Shown here: in pieces, positions 14,759 through 23,791 of the stretch | Position numbering within the stretch: the stretch's first letter is position 1 | Layout: each line of letters begins with the position of its first letter | NCBI GenBank assembly: GCA_964586755.1 | Contig: CAZPHJ010000003.1 | Location: forward strand, 1 to 31,138 | Source: an uncultured Candidatus Saccharibacteria bacterium | GTDB taxonomy: Bacteria; Patescibacteriota; Minisyncoccia; Phycocordibacterales; UBA9973 | DNA: 31,138 nucleotides | Reading direction: 5' to 3' | The notes under the pieces: model-generated | What the model was told of the DNA's origin: nothing | The model's database searches: none | What the model saw: only the letters and a program-made list of their open reading frames with translations | Translations under genes and position numbers: made by a program

Positions 14759-15757
14759 AGCTTTTTTCTTTTTATCGAGATCATCAAAAAATTCCATGAC
14801 ACATACAGCCACGGGAATAGAAAGAATAACCCCCCAGAACCCAGCGAGCTCAATACCTACGAGCAAGGATAGGATTACCAAGAGAGATGAGATTCCAACT
14901 ACTTTTTTTACAATGAGTGGCTGAATCAGATTTGCTTCAAATTGCTGAATAACCACATAGAGACCAGCAACTTCGAGTGCTGTGGTTGTTCCACCACTTG
15001 AATACCCAGAGGCGATTGCCGGTATTGCCGCCAAAATAATACCGAATGGTATAAGTTCCATAATCGCAGCCGCTACAGCAAGTAGAAGTGCATATTGTAC
15101 ATTAAACAAAAGAAGACCTAGATAAATAAATACCCCCACCAAAAATCCAAGCAGGAGCTGCCCTTGAAACCAGAGGCCGATCTTGTGTTCAGTTCTTTTC
15201 CATAGTCCTACTACATACTCCTCACTACGATCAGGGGTAATAATGCGAAGAAAATTTTCAACTCCGTTTTTGTTGATTGAAAGATAAAAAGAAATAACCG
15301 CAAGCAAGACTACGTTGACAAGTCCGCCGAATATAAAGCTTGCTGCAGCAATAGCTTGAGGTCCTGTGTTTGTTGCCAAAGATTCGAACTTTCCAATAAT
15401 ATCCACAAACGGAACACCTTCCGAAGCATTCGTACCCGTAGTTGGTAAATAGGTGTGAATAAAATTGAAAAACTGAGCCATCTGTCCGAGGAATACTGGA
15501 ACAAAAAAATACAAAAACAATCCAAACAAAGCTATAACACAAAAATAAATAATAACTACAGAAAAACTCCTTCCGAGCTTACGCGCCACCAGTTTCTTTA
15601 CGCCGAATTCAACGAATGACGCAATTACAATCGATGTTAGAAAAACGTAGACCAAATCACGAAGATAGTACAGCCCAAAAATAAGCGCCAGGAGTGCAAT
15701 GGTGCTCCAAATAGTCTTTTGGCTTATCGTAATAACTTTCTCTCCTTGGGGGTTCAT
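14744..15757 (-). CDS. AI-2E family (PerM/UPF0118) transporter
   Basis: Multi-TM protein with WFQGQLLL, ELIPFG..LAAIPA, QQFEANLIQP, GFWGVILSIPVA. Confidence 0.93.
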   Translation of the reverse strand: MNPQGEKVITISQKTIWSTIALLALIFGLYYLRDLVYVFLTSIVIASFVEFGVKKLVARKLGRSFSVVIIYFCVIALFGLFLYFFVPVFLGQMAQFFNFIHTYLPTTGTNASEGVPFVDIIGKFESLATNTGPQAIAAASFIFGGLVNVVLLAVISFYLSINKNGVENFLRIITPDRSEEYVVGLWKRTEHKIGLWFQGQLLLGFLVGVFIYLGLLLFNVQYALLLAVAAAIMELIPFGIILAAIPAIASGYSSGGTTTALEVAGLYVVIQQFEANLIQPLIVKKVVGISSLLVILSLLVGIELAGFWGVILSIPVAVCVMEFFDDLDKKKKASISS

Positions 15758-15781
15758 ATGCCCATCATAGCACCTTTACGG

Positions 15782-17056
15782 CTAAGCTTTAAATGTGAGG
15801 ATTTTGGCGAATTCTGCCTTGCCTTCAAAGGGTCCAATGAGAGCAAGATTGAGGTGTTTATCGACAAATATCTCGCGCGCCACTTTCTGGATTTCTTGTG
15901 CTGTAACCTTTCGAATCTTCGCTTCAATTTCTTCTGGAGATTGGATTTTTTTGCGCATGACTTCTTGCCCACCGAAATAACTCGCCCATGCATCAGAACT
16001 TTCAAGCTCGAGCTTCATGTTGCCTATCAAATACTCTTTGGCTTTTTCAAGTTCAGCTTTTTCTACAAGCTCAGTTTTAAACCGAGCGCACTCTTTCAAA
16101 ATTTCTCCAATTACTTCCTGCACACGCGTATTTGAAACACCAGCAGAAATTTGAAATACTCCATGATCGGAATAAGTGTCGTTTCCAGCACGCACGTAGT
16201 ATGCCACACCGAGTTCTTCGCGCAGTCTTATAAAAAGTCGCGAACTCATTCCCCCGCCCAAGATTGTACCAAGCATCATAAGTGCCGGATTACGTTTGTC
16301 ATAGGTATCAAAACTACGCACTCCGAGCACGAGATGTGTTTGGTCAGATTGCTTATGTGAAATAAGCACGGCCGGTTTTGATTGTGTATCTTTCGTTTTT
16401 CCTTTTGTTGATTTTGCAGTCGATTTAAGTGAGCCAAACACTCGTTCTATTTCCTTTTCAACTTCCTTTTCAGAAACTTTGCCGGCCACAATCACTGTCG
16501 TTGCCCTTGGCACGTAATGCGCATTTTTATATTCCACAAAATCTTTGCGTGTCATTGCGCGAACATTCTCGCGAGTACCAGCAATATTCCAACCCGCCGG
16601 CTGATTGCCGTAGAGAAGTTCCATGAATACATCCTGTACATGACGCTGAGGCATGTCTTCATACATATTGATTTCTTCCACAATCACGCCTTTTTCCTTT
16701 TCGATTTCAGCTTCTGGAAACGTCGAATTCAGATAGACATCAGAAACAATGTCGAAGATTTGTTTAAAGTGTTTCGCATCGCTTTTCGCAAAATAGCCAG
16801 TATATTCCTGTCCGGTAAAAGCATTCGACTGACTTCCGAGCCCATCAAGCTCAGCCGAAATAGCATGCGCCGAGGGGCGTTTTTCCGTGCCTTTAAAGCA
16901 CATATGCTCCAGGAAATGAGATATACCATTCTTAGCCTTTGTCTCGTATTTTGAGCCCGTTTCGACAAGTACAAGGACTGTGACAGTCGGATTGTCTTTC
17001 ATTGGTACGGTAATCACTCGAAGTCCATTTTTAAGTTTGGTTTTGATGTATTGCAT
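15782..17056 (-). CDS. M16 family zinc peptidase (insulinase/pitrilysin-like)
   Basis: GISHFLEHMCFKGT (HXXEH), NAFT, EKEKGVIVEEI, GGGMSSRLF..LREELGVAY. Confidence 0.96.
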   Translation of the reverse strand: MQYIKTKLKNGLRVITVPMKDNPTVTVLVLVETGSKYETKAKNGISHFLEHMCFKGTEKRPSAHAISAELDGLGSQSNAFTGQEYTGYFAKSDAKHFKQIFDIVSDVYLNSTFPEAEIEKEKGVIVEEINMYEDMPQRHVQDVFMELLYGNQPAGWNIAGTRENVRAMTRKDFVEYKNAHYVPRATTVIVAGKVSEKEVEKEIERVFGSLKSTAKSTKGKTKDTQSKPAVLISHKQSDQTHLVLGVRSFDTYDKRNPALMMLGTILGGGMSSRLFIRLREELGVAYYVRAGNDTYSDHGVFQISAGVSNTRVQEVIGEILKECARFKTELVEKAELEKAKEYLIGNMKLELESSDAWASYFGGQEVMRKKIQSPEEIEAKIRKVTAQEIQKVAREIFVDKHLNLALIGPFEGKAEFAKILTFKA

Positions 17057-17191
17057 ATGGTTTATATTATCTCCTCCGGAGCGAGGATAAAATTAATAGA
17101 AATATCAACGGTTTTATCTATTTTATGGTATTAAAGATAAGTCAAAACCATATATCCAAAATATAAAATCTAAATACTTATCGTTAGTTTT

Positions 17192-17842
17192 TTATCTAAA
17201 AAAATTAAAGATTTTAGTAAAAAACCTACTAAAAGAATTCTTTTTAGGTATTGGTGTACGTATTTCTGAATCACCGTTATTAACTTCTGGAGAATAAACT
17301 GAAAGTTCAGAAGATTGTTTCTCATACTGATATGGTTTTATTTCTCTTAGTGTTTTTGTTCTATCATCAGTTGCATTTTTAATTTCTGATTTTTCTTTTA
17401 ATTCTCTATCTTTTATTATTTGGTCAGTTACACCCTTCATATACTGCACTAAATCCTGACTATTTTTATTTATTTCAAGAGTTTTTTGTTGAGCCCTTAA
17501 AATTTCTTCTTTTCTAATCAATTCGAGCTCTCGATCTAATAAAGCTTTTTCTTTTTGCCACAACTCCTCTCTTTTTTTAGAATCTTTCTCAAGTTCTATT
17601 TCTTTTAACTTTAACTGGTATTCTTTTTCCAGAGCATCTACTGATTGATAATAACTATCAAATGATTGGTTATAAAAATTATTTTGTTTATCTAAAATAT
17701 CTTGATACTGCTGTCTTTGACTTTCATTACCTATGTAATTATATATAGAACTTTTTAGTTCTATATCTGTGGGAACATATGCACTAACAAAACTTGGCAG
17801 AGACACCAAACCCAGTAGTGTTAAAATTAACTTATTTTTCAT
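17192..17842 (-). CDS. Secreted coiled-coil hypothetical protein, strongly AT-rich
   Basis: Signal peptide MKNKLILTLLGLVSLPSFVSA, K/E/Q-rich heptad region, amphipathic tail SFSRFFTKIFNFFR. Confidence 0.75.
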   Translation of the reverse strand: MKNKLILTLLGLVSLPSFVSAYVPTDIELKSSIYNYIGNESQRQQYQDILDKQNNFYNQSFDSYYQSVDALEKEYQLKLKEIELEKDSKKREELWQKEKALLDRELELIRKEEILRAQQKTLEINKNSQDLVQYMKGVTDQIIKDRELKEKSEIKNATDDRTKTLREIKPYQYEKQSSELSVYSPEVNNGDSEIRTPIPKKNSFSRFFTKIFNFFR

Positions 17843-17857
17843 AATAGTGCATTTTAA

Positions 17858-19207
17858 TTACAACTGCTCTTTGATTTTTGAAACCAAATCAGAAATTTTT
17901 ACGCGCTCTTGCACTCCTGTATCACGGTCGCGGATGGTGACTGTATCGAGATGATCTGGATTTTCGCCGAGTGTGTCAAAGTCGATCACGATACACCATG
18001 GTGTACCGATTTCATCTTGGCGACGGTAACGCTTTCCAATGTTTCCGTTGTCATCAAATGCGACGCGTCCAAATTCCTTTTTGAGCATCATGTATACCTC
18101 TCGTGCTTTTTCTACGAGTTCAGGCTTATTTTTGAGAAGTGGAGACACGGCACAAAGTACTGGTGCGATTGAAGGCTTGAGTTTGAGGTATGCGCGAGTG
18201 TCGTCCCCCATCTGATCTTCCGTGTATGCTTCCATAAGCGTAAAGAGTACGGCTCGGTCCACACCACCAGAACATTCGATATCCCATGGAATGCATCGCT
18301 CTTTGGTCTCCTCATCATAATACGAAAGGTCTACACCTGAGTATTCAGAGTGGCGTCGCAAATCCCAATCTCCACGATGGTGGATTCCCCACGCCTCTTT
18401 CCATCCAACACCTGGCATATTGTATTCAATATCCCATGCATCTTTTGCATAGTGAGCACGCTCATCTGCTTCATGCGCACGCAAGCGCAAACTTTCCTTT
18501 TTAAATCCGAGTCCGTAGTACCAATCAAGTGCGGCATTTTTCCAAAACTCAAATGCTTCCGCGCCAGTTTTTTCATCTGGCTTAATGTAATACTGAATTT
18601 CCATCTGCTCGAATTCGCGCTGACGAAATAGAAAATCGCGGGGCGTGATTTCGTTGCGAAAAGCTTTTCCAATCTGACCAACACCAAATGGGAGCTTCGG
18701 ATGCATCGAGTCGAGAATATTTTTAAAATTCACATGTACACCTTGGGTGATTTCTCCACGGAGATATACCTGTTGTGCAGTATCCTCTGAAGCGCCAAGT
18801 TTTGTTTCTACAAGAAGATTGAAAACGCGAGGCGTTGACCATTCCACTTTTTCCTTCGGGTGTGTCGCTTCATGATCAGAAATCGCTTCTGGCTGATCGG
18901 CACGCACACGGCCGTTACAGATTTTACATTCCACAAGCGGATCAGTAAAAAGCTCGGTATGACCTGAAGCTTCCCAGACTTTTGCCGGCATCAAGATTCC
19001 CGCACTGATTGGATAGATATCTTCCCTGTTTTTGATGAATGTCTCCCAAAAGTATTGTTTGATATTGTGGCGAAGTTCCACGCCAAGTGGACCGTAATCA
19101 AAGATTCCCGAAAGTCCTCCGTAGATTTCTGATCCCTGGAATATAAAGCCACGTCGCTTACAAAGCGACTGAATCTTTTCCATTACATTTTCCTGTTTAT
19201 TTTCCAT
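17858..19207 (-). CDS. glyQS: Glycyl-tRNA synthetase, alpha2 type
   Basis: DYGPLG, YLRGEIT, GKAFRNEITP, FRQREFEQME, anticodon domain GNIGKRYRRQDEIGTP. Confidence 0.97.
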   Translation of the reverse strand: MENKQENVMEKIQSLCKRRGFIFQGSEIYGGLSGIFDYGPLGVELRHNIKQYFWETFIKNREDIYPISAGILMPAKVWEASGHTELFTDPLVECKICNGRVRADQPEAISDHEATHPKEKVEWSTPRVFNLLVETKLGASEDTAQQVYLRGEITQGVHVNFKNILDSMHPKLPFGVGQIGKAFRNEITPRDFLFRQREFEQMEIQYYIKPDEKTGAEAFEFWKNAALDWYYGLGFKKESLRLRAHEADERAHYAKDAWDIEYNMPGVGWKEAWGIHHRGDWDLRRHSEYSGVDLSYYDEETKERCIPWDIECSGGVDRAVLFTLMEAYTEDQMGDDTRAYLKLKPSIAPVLCAVSPLLKNKPELVEKAREVYMMLKKEFGRVAFDDNGNIGKRYRRQDEIGTPWCIVIDFDTLGENPDHLDTVTIRDRDTGVQERVKISDLVSKIKEQL

Positions 19208-19309
19208 ACCCTTCTACACTAGCATTTTTTTAAATTAGACCAAAATACCCCCCTCACTCAGTAGAATGACTCTTGGGGTAAAGTGCAGAATAGAAGGAGG
19301 ATCGCATTG

Positions 19310-19345
19310 ACTTTACAAACTTTATAAAATTCATAATTTTCAACT
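19310..19345. repeat. Solo degenerate 9-mer arm at the stop of the 640-aa gene
   Basis: actttacaa-actttataa-aattcataa-ttttcaact. Confidence 0.65.
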
Positions 19346-21267
19346 TATTGAGTCACTGTTTGTCCATTTGGTGGGAACCCTGGCTCGTTACGAAGTTGGG
19401 TTGATGTTGCTCCTCGGCTCGTAGTGAGCATTACACCGGTAAATGTATCTTTTGCCGATACGGTCGTGTCTAAAACAAGTTTTGGAACACTACCCACTTG
19501 AGTTTCTGACGGATTGAGGCGTACCTGGAACGACACCTTACGAGGAGATCCGCTCGTACCAGCACCAGCAGGCACGGTTCCGATTTTCCATCGAATCGTA
19601 CTTGTTGTTGCGTCGTATTCTACAGACTCTCCAGATGGAGAAATCGTTCCAACCCAATCTACATATGTCGGCAAAAGAGCAGTAGCAAAACCGTCAGTGA
19701 GGGCATTTGCCGAATTGGTTACAGTCCAAGTAACAGTATACGTCGTAGGTTGATTGGCTTTCGGTGGAATTGGTCCAGTGTTTGAAAATGGTCCAGTATT
19801 ATATGAGGCATCCGGAGAAAAACCAAGATCAGAATTTATTACTGCAGTCTTTTCTTCGAAATCAGCAACCTCACTTACAGCTCCCCCTTGGTCTGGTTGT
19901 TTGCCTTTTATACTTACCGATACTTTTACAGAAGGTTTAGAAATTGTTCCCCCAGTAGACCACAGCGGCAAAACTTTGAATGAAAATTGTAAAATCCCCT
20001 GGTCTGATGGTTCAATCGAAGCAAGTTCGGCAACAGATGTCTTGTTCCAAGTTATCGTTTTGTCCAAAGAATTATAAAAACCTTTTTGCGCATCGACTGA
20101 TTTTCCATCGAGCGCATTCCCTGACAAATGAACAATCACTGAAGCGTCCGTTACGCGAGTTGGTAGATTGTTTGTGTAGTTTACAGTGACCGAAACATTT
20201 CCAGCACTACCGACTGGGGTTGGATCAGTCGTCGAGCTATTAATAGAAAGACGCGCAGCAAGAAATGGCTTAACGAGTGATACTGTTTGAAGCAGTGAGT
20301 TGTACGTCACACCAATTTTGGAATTATCAGTCGTACTTACTGCACCTGTGTACACATGAAAAGCTCTATCTTCCCCGTCCTGTCCATACACAGTACCAGT
20401 AATCACTACGTCGCGCTCCGCTCCAGGTGCAAAATCACCAAGGTTCCATACATTATTCGAAGCAGTTGCTTCTGGGACTGATTTTTCAAAATTAAATCCA
20501 GTTGGATATTCGACATGGAGCAGCATTCCAGAAAGCGTATTCTTACTATTTGAAACCGTCTTGACAGTAAAGGTCAATTTTTGATTTGGGGTTATACTTT
20601 TTGGACCCTCAACAGAAAGTGATACTGGTGCGGAATTGATAGTCACCACAAACGAAGATTTTTTTACAAAAATTGCGTTTGAGCCGCGGAGGCGATACTG
20701 CAATGTGAAGTCAACACTCTTTGTGCTCCCTTGTTCGCCGAACAACGTTACAAAAAGACTCTTGGTGGTATTTCCACCAGCAGGAATCGTGCCTAGTGAA
20801 TTCAATTCACGAACGTGTCCGACACTGTTGCTGGCAGTTCCACCATTATCATACTCGACAAAAAGATCGGCGAGTTCAAGCGCACTCGCGTTCTTGTTTG
20901 AAACTTCAACCTGCAAAGGAAGTTCCTCACCGCCAGCGGTAAATGAATTACCAAGAACATTAATTTCAATATTGGCATTCGAAACAGTATTTCCTCCTGT
21001 AAAAAACATTACTGTAGCAAAAAGTGCAGCAAGCACTGCAAATCCAAGTGAAAAATAAAAAAACTTCTTAAAAAAAGAGTGGTGAATTTGTGTTTTTTCT
21101 GGTTTTGATTTTGACATATCTGCTTCCCAGTCTTTCTTAACCGGTGTCGGATTCAAATGAAGACTGTCGATGCGTCGCATCACGCGTCCCGCAAGATCAC
21201 GCCGATACAGGCGTGCATTTACGTCATCTAAGTTATGCGGCTCGTTTGGATTTCCCTGGTCTGACAT
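19345..21267 (-). CDS. Single-pass membrane protein with several Ig/DUF11-like beta-sandwich domains
   Basis: Cytoplasmic N-terminus, one TM (FFYFSLGFAVLAALFATVMFF), repeated V.N....L / W.LG...PG / YT..W.V.N / ..W.IG motifs. Confidence 0.85.
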   Translation of the reverse strand: MSDQGNPNEPHNLDDVNARLYRRDLAGRVMRRIDSLHLNPTPVKKDWEADMSKSKPEKTQIHHSFFKKFFYFSLGFAVLAALFATVMFFTGGNTVSNANIEINVLGNSFTAGGEELPLQVEVSNKNASALELADLFVEYDNGGTASNSVGHVRELNSLGTIPAGGNTTKSLFVTLFGEQGSTKSVDFTLQYRLRGSNAIFVKKSSFVVTINSAPVSLSVEGPKSITPNQKLTFTVKTVSNSKNTLSGMLLHVEYPTGFNFEKSVPEATASNNVWNLGDFAPGAERDVVITGTVYGQDGEDRAFHVYTGAVSTTDNSKIGVTYNSLLQTVSLVKPFLAARLSINSSTTDPTPVGSAGNVSVTVNYTNNLPTRVTDASVIVHLSGNALDGKSVDAQKGFYNSLDKTITWNKTSVAELASIEPSDQGILQFSFKVLPLWSTGGTISKPSVKVSVSIKGKQPDQGGAVSEVADFEEKTAVINSDLGFSPDASYNTGPFSNTGPIPPKANQPTTYTVTWTVTNSANALTDGFATALLPTYVDWVGTISPSGESVEYDATTSTIRWKIGTVPAGAGTSGSPRKVSFQVRLNPSETQVGSVPKLVLDTTVSAKDTFTGVMLTTSRGATSTQLRNEPGFPPNGQTVTQ

Positions 21268-21297
21268 GCGCTCATTTTATCACATAAAATGAGAGTA

Positions 21298-21400
21298 AAA
21301 AGTTTATAAAGTTCATAAAGTTTTTAAAGTCATACAAAATCAATACATTTGGGTTCACTTGATGAACTTTACAAACTTTATGAACTTGACGAACTAATTA
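21298..21400. repeat. Empty copy of the four-helix-bundle flanking element (both 9-mer arms, 23-nt core)
   Basis: Left arm aaaagttta-taaagttca-taaagtttt-taaagtcat (21298-21333). Right arm acttgatga-actttacaa-actttatga-acttgacga-actaatta (21357-21400). The 30-mer acttgatgaactttacaaactttatgaact is identical to 14723-14752. Confidence 0.9.
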
Positions 21401-21985
21401 CAGATGACTCTCTGAAAGCGCCTGATTGATGTCGCGAATGAGACGATGTTGATATGCAATATCAGAAAATTCTTCTGGTATTTGCGCTTCTCCACCCAAA
21501 GTTACCGCTACGCCCGGAATCGCTCGAGAAAGATATCCGAGAGAAATAAGGATTCGCGCCACACAGAGAAGCTCAAGGGCTCGGAAATCCTCTGGCGATT
21601 TTCCGCCTGTTTCCAGCAAGGCATAGGTACGGACGAGAATTTGAAATATTTCTTCACTCGCCTCTTCTCCTGTCACCAAACGAATGATGAGTGATGAGAC
21701 GTGTGCAAGAATTCGTTCACTTTCCTTGATGTGCAATATGTGAGTGTATGAATGTAATGGCGAAGCAGTAGTCACGCGCCAAATTTCTTTACCTCGAACC
21801 AAATCCACTTGCGCACGCGAAAAATCCTGCAGTGTGAATCGCAACTTCGAAGAAATTTTACGAATACCTTGCGCATGTGCGTACACAAGTCCCAATTCGC
21901 GCGTATACAAAAAGAGGACCTTTGAATCCTCCCCTTTTGCCCGCGATCCGAGCACAAATGCTTCTGTGTGATGAATGTGGTGCAT
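21398..21985 (-). CDS. recO: DNA repair protein RecO
   Basis: TEAFVLG...GEDSKVL.LYTRELGLV.A.AQGIRKISSKLRF.LQ.F (N-terminal OB fold). Confidence 0.88.
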   Translation of the reverse strand: MHHIHHTEAFVLGSRAKGEDSKVLFLYTRELGLVYAHAQGIRKISSKLRFTLQDFSRAQVDLVRGKEIWRVTTASPLHSYTHILHIKESERILAHVSSLIIRLVTGEEASEEIFQILVRTYALLETGGKSPEDFRALELLCVARILISLGYLSRAIPGVAVTLGGEAQIPEEFSDIAYQHRLIRDINQALSESHL

Positions 21986-22022
21986 AGGACTAGGTGTAAG
22001 GTTTTAGGTTTTAGGTTTTAGC
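21986..22022 (-). repeat. CTA-type heptamer array spanning the hydrolase stop and abutting the recO start
   Basis: Minus strand: ctaaaac-ctaaaac-ctaaaac-cttacac-ctagtc-ct-ATG. It encodes the hydrolase C-terminus LKPKT*. Confidence 0.8.
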
Positions 22023-22570
22023 CAATTCATTAATGCAGTAAATGCCTCCGGAAGCTCGTACCAACCTGATGAGCCATTCAAATGCCCACCGTTTGGAATC
22101 GGAATAAGTTCGCACGTAAGTTCATGCGCAAATTTTTCTGCGTCAGAAAATGGAACGCCTGGATCATTATCACCGTGAATAATTGCAAAGTTTTTGCATG
22201 CGTTTTTTATGCGCACAAAATCATAATCTGGTTCAAAAAAACCTTGCAATATTTCGCGCTTACCTTTGTATGGACCAGAAACAAGTAGGGCGCCTCCAAT
22301 TTTTGACCCTTCTGGTAATACCTGCAAATACTGCAAAATTCCATTTACTCCGAGTGAGTGACCGACCAGAAAAATACTTTCATTCGGCTCAGGAATCTCA
22401 GATGCGATTTTCTTTATCCATTCTTCTTTTTTTGGAGTAGCTGGCGTAGGCATCGCCAAAGAACACGCAAATATATCCTCTCTTCCAAGTTTACCCATAA
22501 GCCATGGTCGCCATCCACCGTTAGGAACACCTTCAAATCCATGAATTAAAAATACTTTTGGTTCATTCAT
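22004..22570 (-). CDS. RBBP9/YdeN-family alpha/beta serine hydrolase
   Basis: VFLIHGF, nucleophile elbow GHSLG, HGDNDP, GGH triad positions. Confidence 0.92.
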   Translation of the reverse strand: MNEPKVFLIHGFEGVPNGGWRPWLMGKLGREDIFACSLAMPTPATPKKEEWIKKIASEIPEPNESIFLVGHSLGVNGILQYLQVLPEGSKIGGALLVSGPYKGKREILQGFFEPDYDFVRIKNACKNFAIIHGDNDPGVPFSDAEKFAHELTCELIPIPNGGHLNGSSGWYELPEAFTALMNWLKPKT

Positions 22571-22574
22571 ACAA

Positions 22575-23147
22575 TTACTTTTTCGCTTCCATTAGATCGA
22601 TATCAAGTCGTACGGCATATTCAGAAAGAGCGCGGGATGTTTCCATTGCCACATTCAATGCGTCACGATTGAAAAGAATATTACACTCTGTGTGTTCGGC
22701 GTCCAGATTTTGAGAATTGAATACATCGAATTCATAGCCTGCAGTCTTAATCGATTCATAGAGACGTTTTGCGGTTTCGGATACATCGGTCAAATTTTTG
22801 TGAGTGATATCTACTTCTTCAAGAAAAGTAATTTTTTGATCCTTGTTCATTTTCTCAAGTACACCTTCTTCCATAATCGTTCCAAAAAATGCCTCTGTAC
22901 AAATATGAAGCATTGCGCGCAAATCAGCAAAACTCATACCATCCGATAGTGGTGGAACGGCAATAATTGTAGCGGTCTCTTTGAATTCTCCGTGAATCAT
23001 TCCACCGGTAGCCTTCGCAGATAATGCGAGGTCACGTCGAAAACCCTTGAGTGCTCCCAAAAAAGCATCTGCCTCGGTTTTGATATACATGAGTTGGTCC
23101 TGCAAAATTTCTCGCCCTTCGTTTGTGCGATGTTCGATGTCTTCCAT
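22575..23147 (-). CDS. Hypothetical helical protein
   Basis: 190 aa from ATG 23147, with TACAAT 6 nt upstream. No motif recognised. Confidence 0.7.
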   Translation of the reverse strand: MEDIEHRTNEGREILQDQLMYIKTEADAFLGALKGFRRDLALSAKATGGMIHGEFKETATIIAVPPLSDGMSFADLRAMLHICTEAFFGTIMEEGVLEKMNKDQKITFLEEVDITHKNLTDVSETAKRLYESIKTAGYEFDVFNSQNLDAEHTECNILFNRDALNVAMETSRALSEYAVRLDIDLMEAKK

Positions 23148-23151
23148 AGCA

Positions 23152-23784
23152 CTATTGTACCGTATTTTCAAAAAAAGTTGCGATTGCTTGTTCGAGTTCT
23201 TGTACTGTATCTACTACTGAATATGGATTTACTGATAGCAGGCGCTCGCGTGAATGATTACCCCAAGAAACCCCAATACTTTGAACTTTGCATTCTCTCC
23301 CCTCATGAATATCACCTATAGTATCAGTAATAAATATCGCATGCGATGGAGAAATATTTCGCTCTTTCAAAATTTTATTAATTTTTACCACCTTACTATA
23401 CGCTACCTCCATTCCTAAAATCTCTGAGAAGTGGTGGAGAATATTCTCTTTCTTTAACTTCTGTTTAATATTTACACTATCCATCGAAGAGCATATTACG
23501 AGTTCATATTTTTGAGCAAGATCAACAACAAGCACATCAATGATGTCGTGAGTAGAAAGATTGAGGATGCCTGCATTATATTCCTCAAAAAAATTCCCAG
23601 GTCGAAGAAGCCTACCTTCAGTAATTTCTCTTTCGTAATTTTCTAGAAAGTTACCAACTGACAGATGGTCGAATTGCTCTCTCGTCAATGATGGATTTGT
23701 CTTATTATGAATTGAATACGACAGATCTATTGTGTTTACCAATACTCCGTCAAAATCAAAAATGATAAGTTTTTTATTTGTCAT
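23152..23784 (-). CDS. HAD-superfamily hydrolase (phosphoglycolate-phosphatase-like)
   Basis: IIFDFDGVL (motif I), ICSS, KVVK, FITDTIGDI (motif IV), GVSWG. Confidence 0.92.
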   Translation of the reverse strand: MTNKKLIIFDFDGVLVNTIDLSYSIHNKTNPSLTREQFDHLSVGNFLENYEREITEGRLLRPGNFFEEYNAGILNLSTHDIIDVLVVDLAQKYELVICSSMDSVNIKQKLKKENILHHFSEILGMEVAYSKVVKINKILKERNISPSHAIFITDTIGDIHEGRECKVQSIGVSWGNHSRERLLSVNPYSVVDTVQELEQAIATFFENTVQ

Positions 23785-23791
23785 ATGCGTA

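Noticed and set aside
19208-19310. T-box or other riboswitch before glyQS; also an anti-SD-like GATCCTCCTT on the minus strand
   Set aside because: No UGGN-ACC bulge. The glyQS promoter lies downstream of this stretch and gives a leaderless mRNA, and there is no rRNA context. metG and argS also lack T-box motifs.
14318-21400. CRISPR array
   Set aside because: The repeats are contiguous 7-9-mers without unique spacers, and there are no cas genes.
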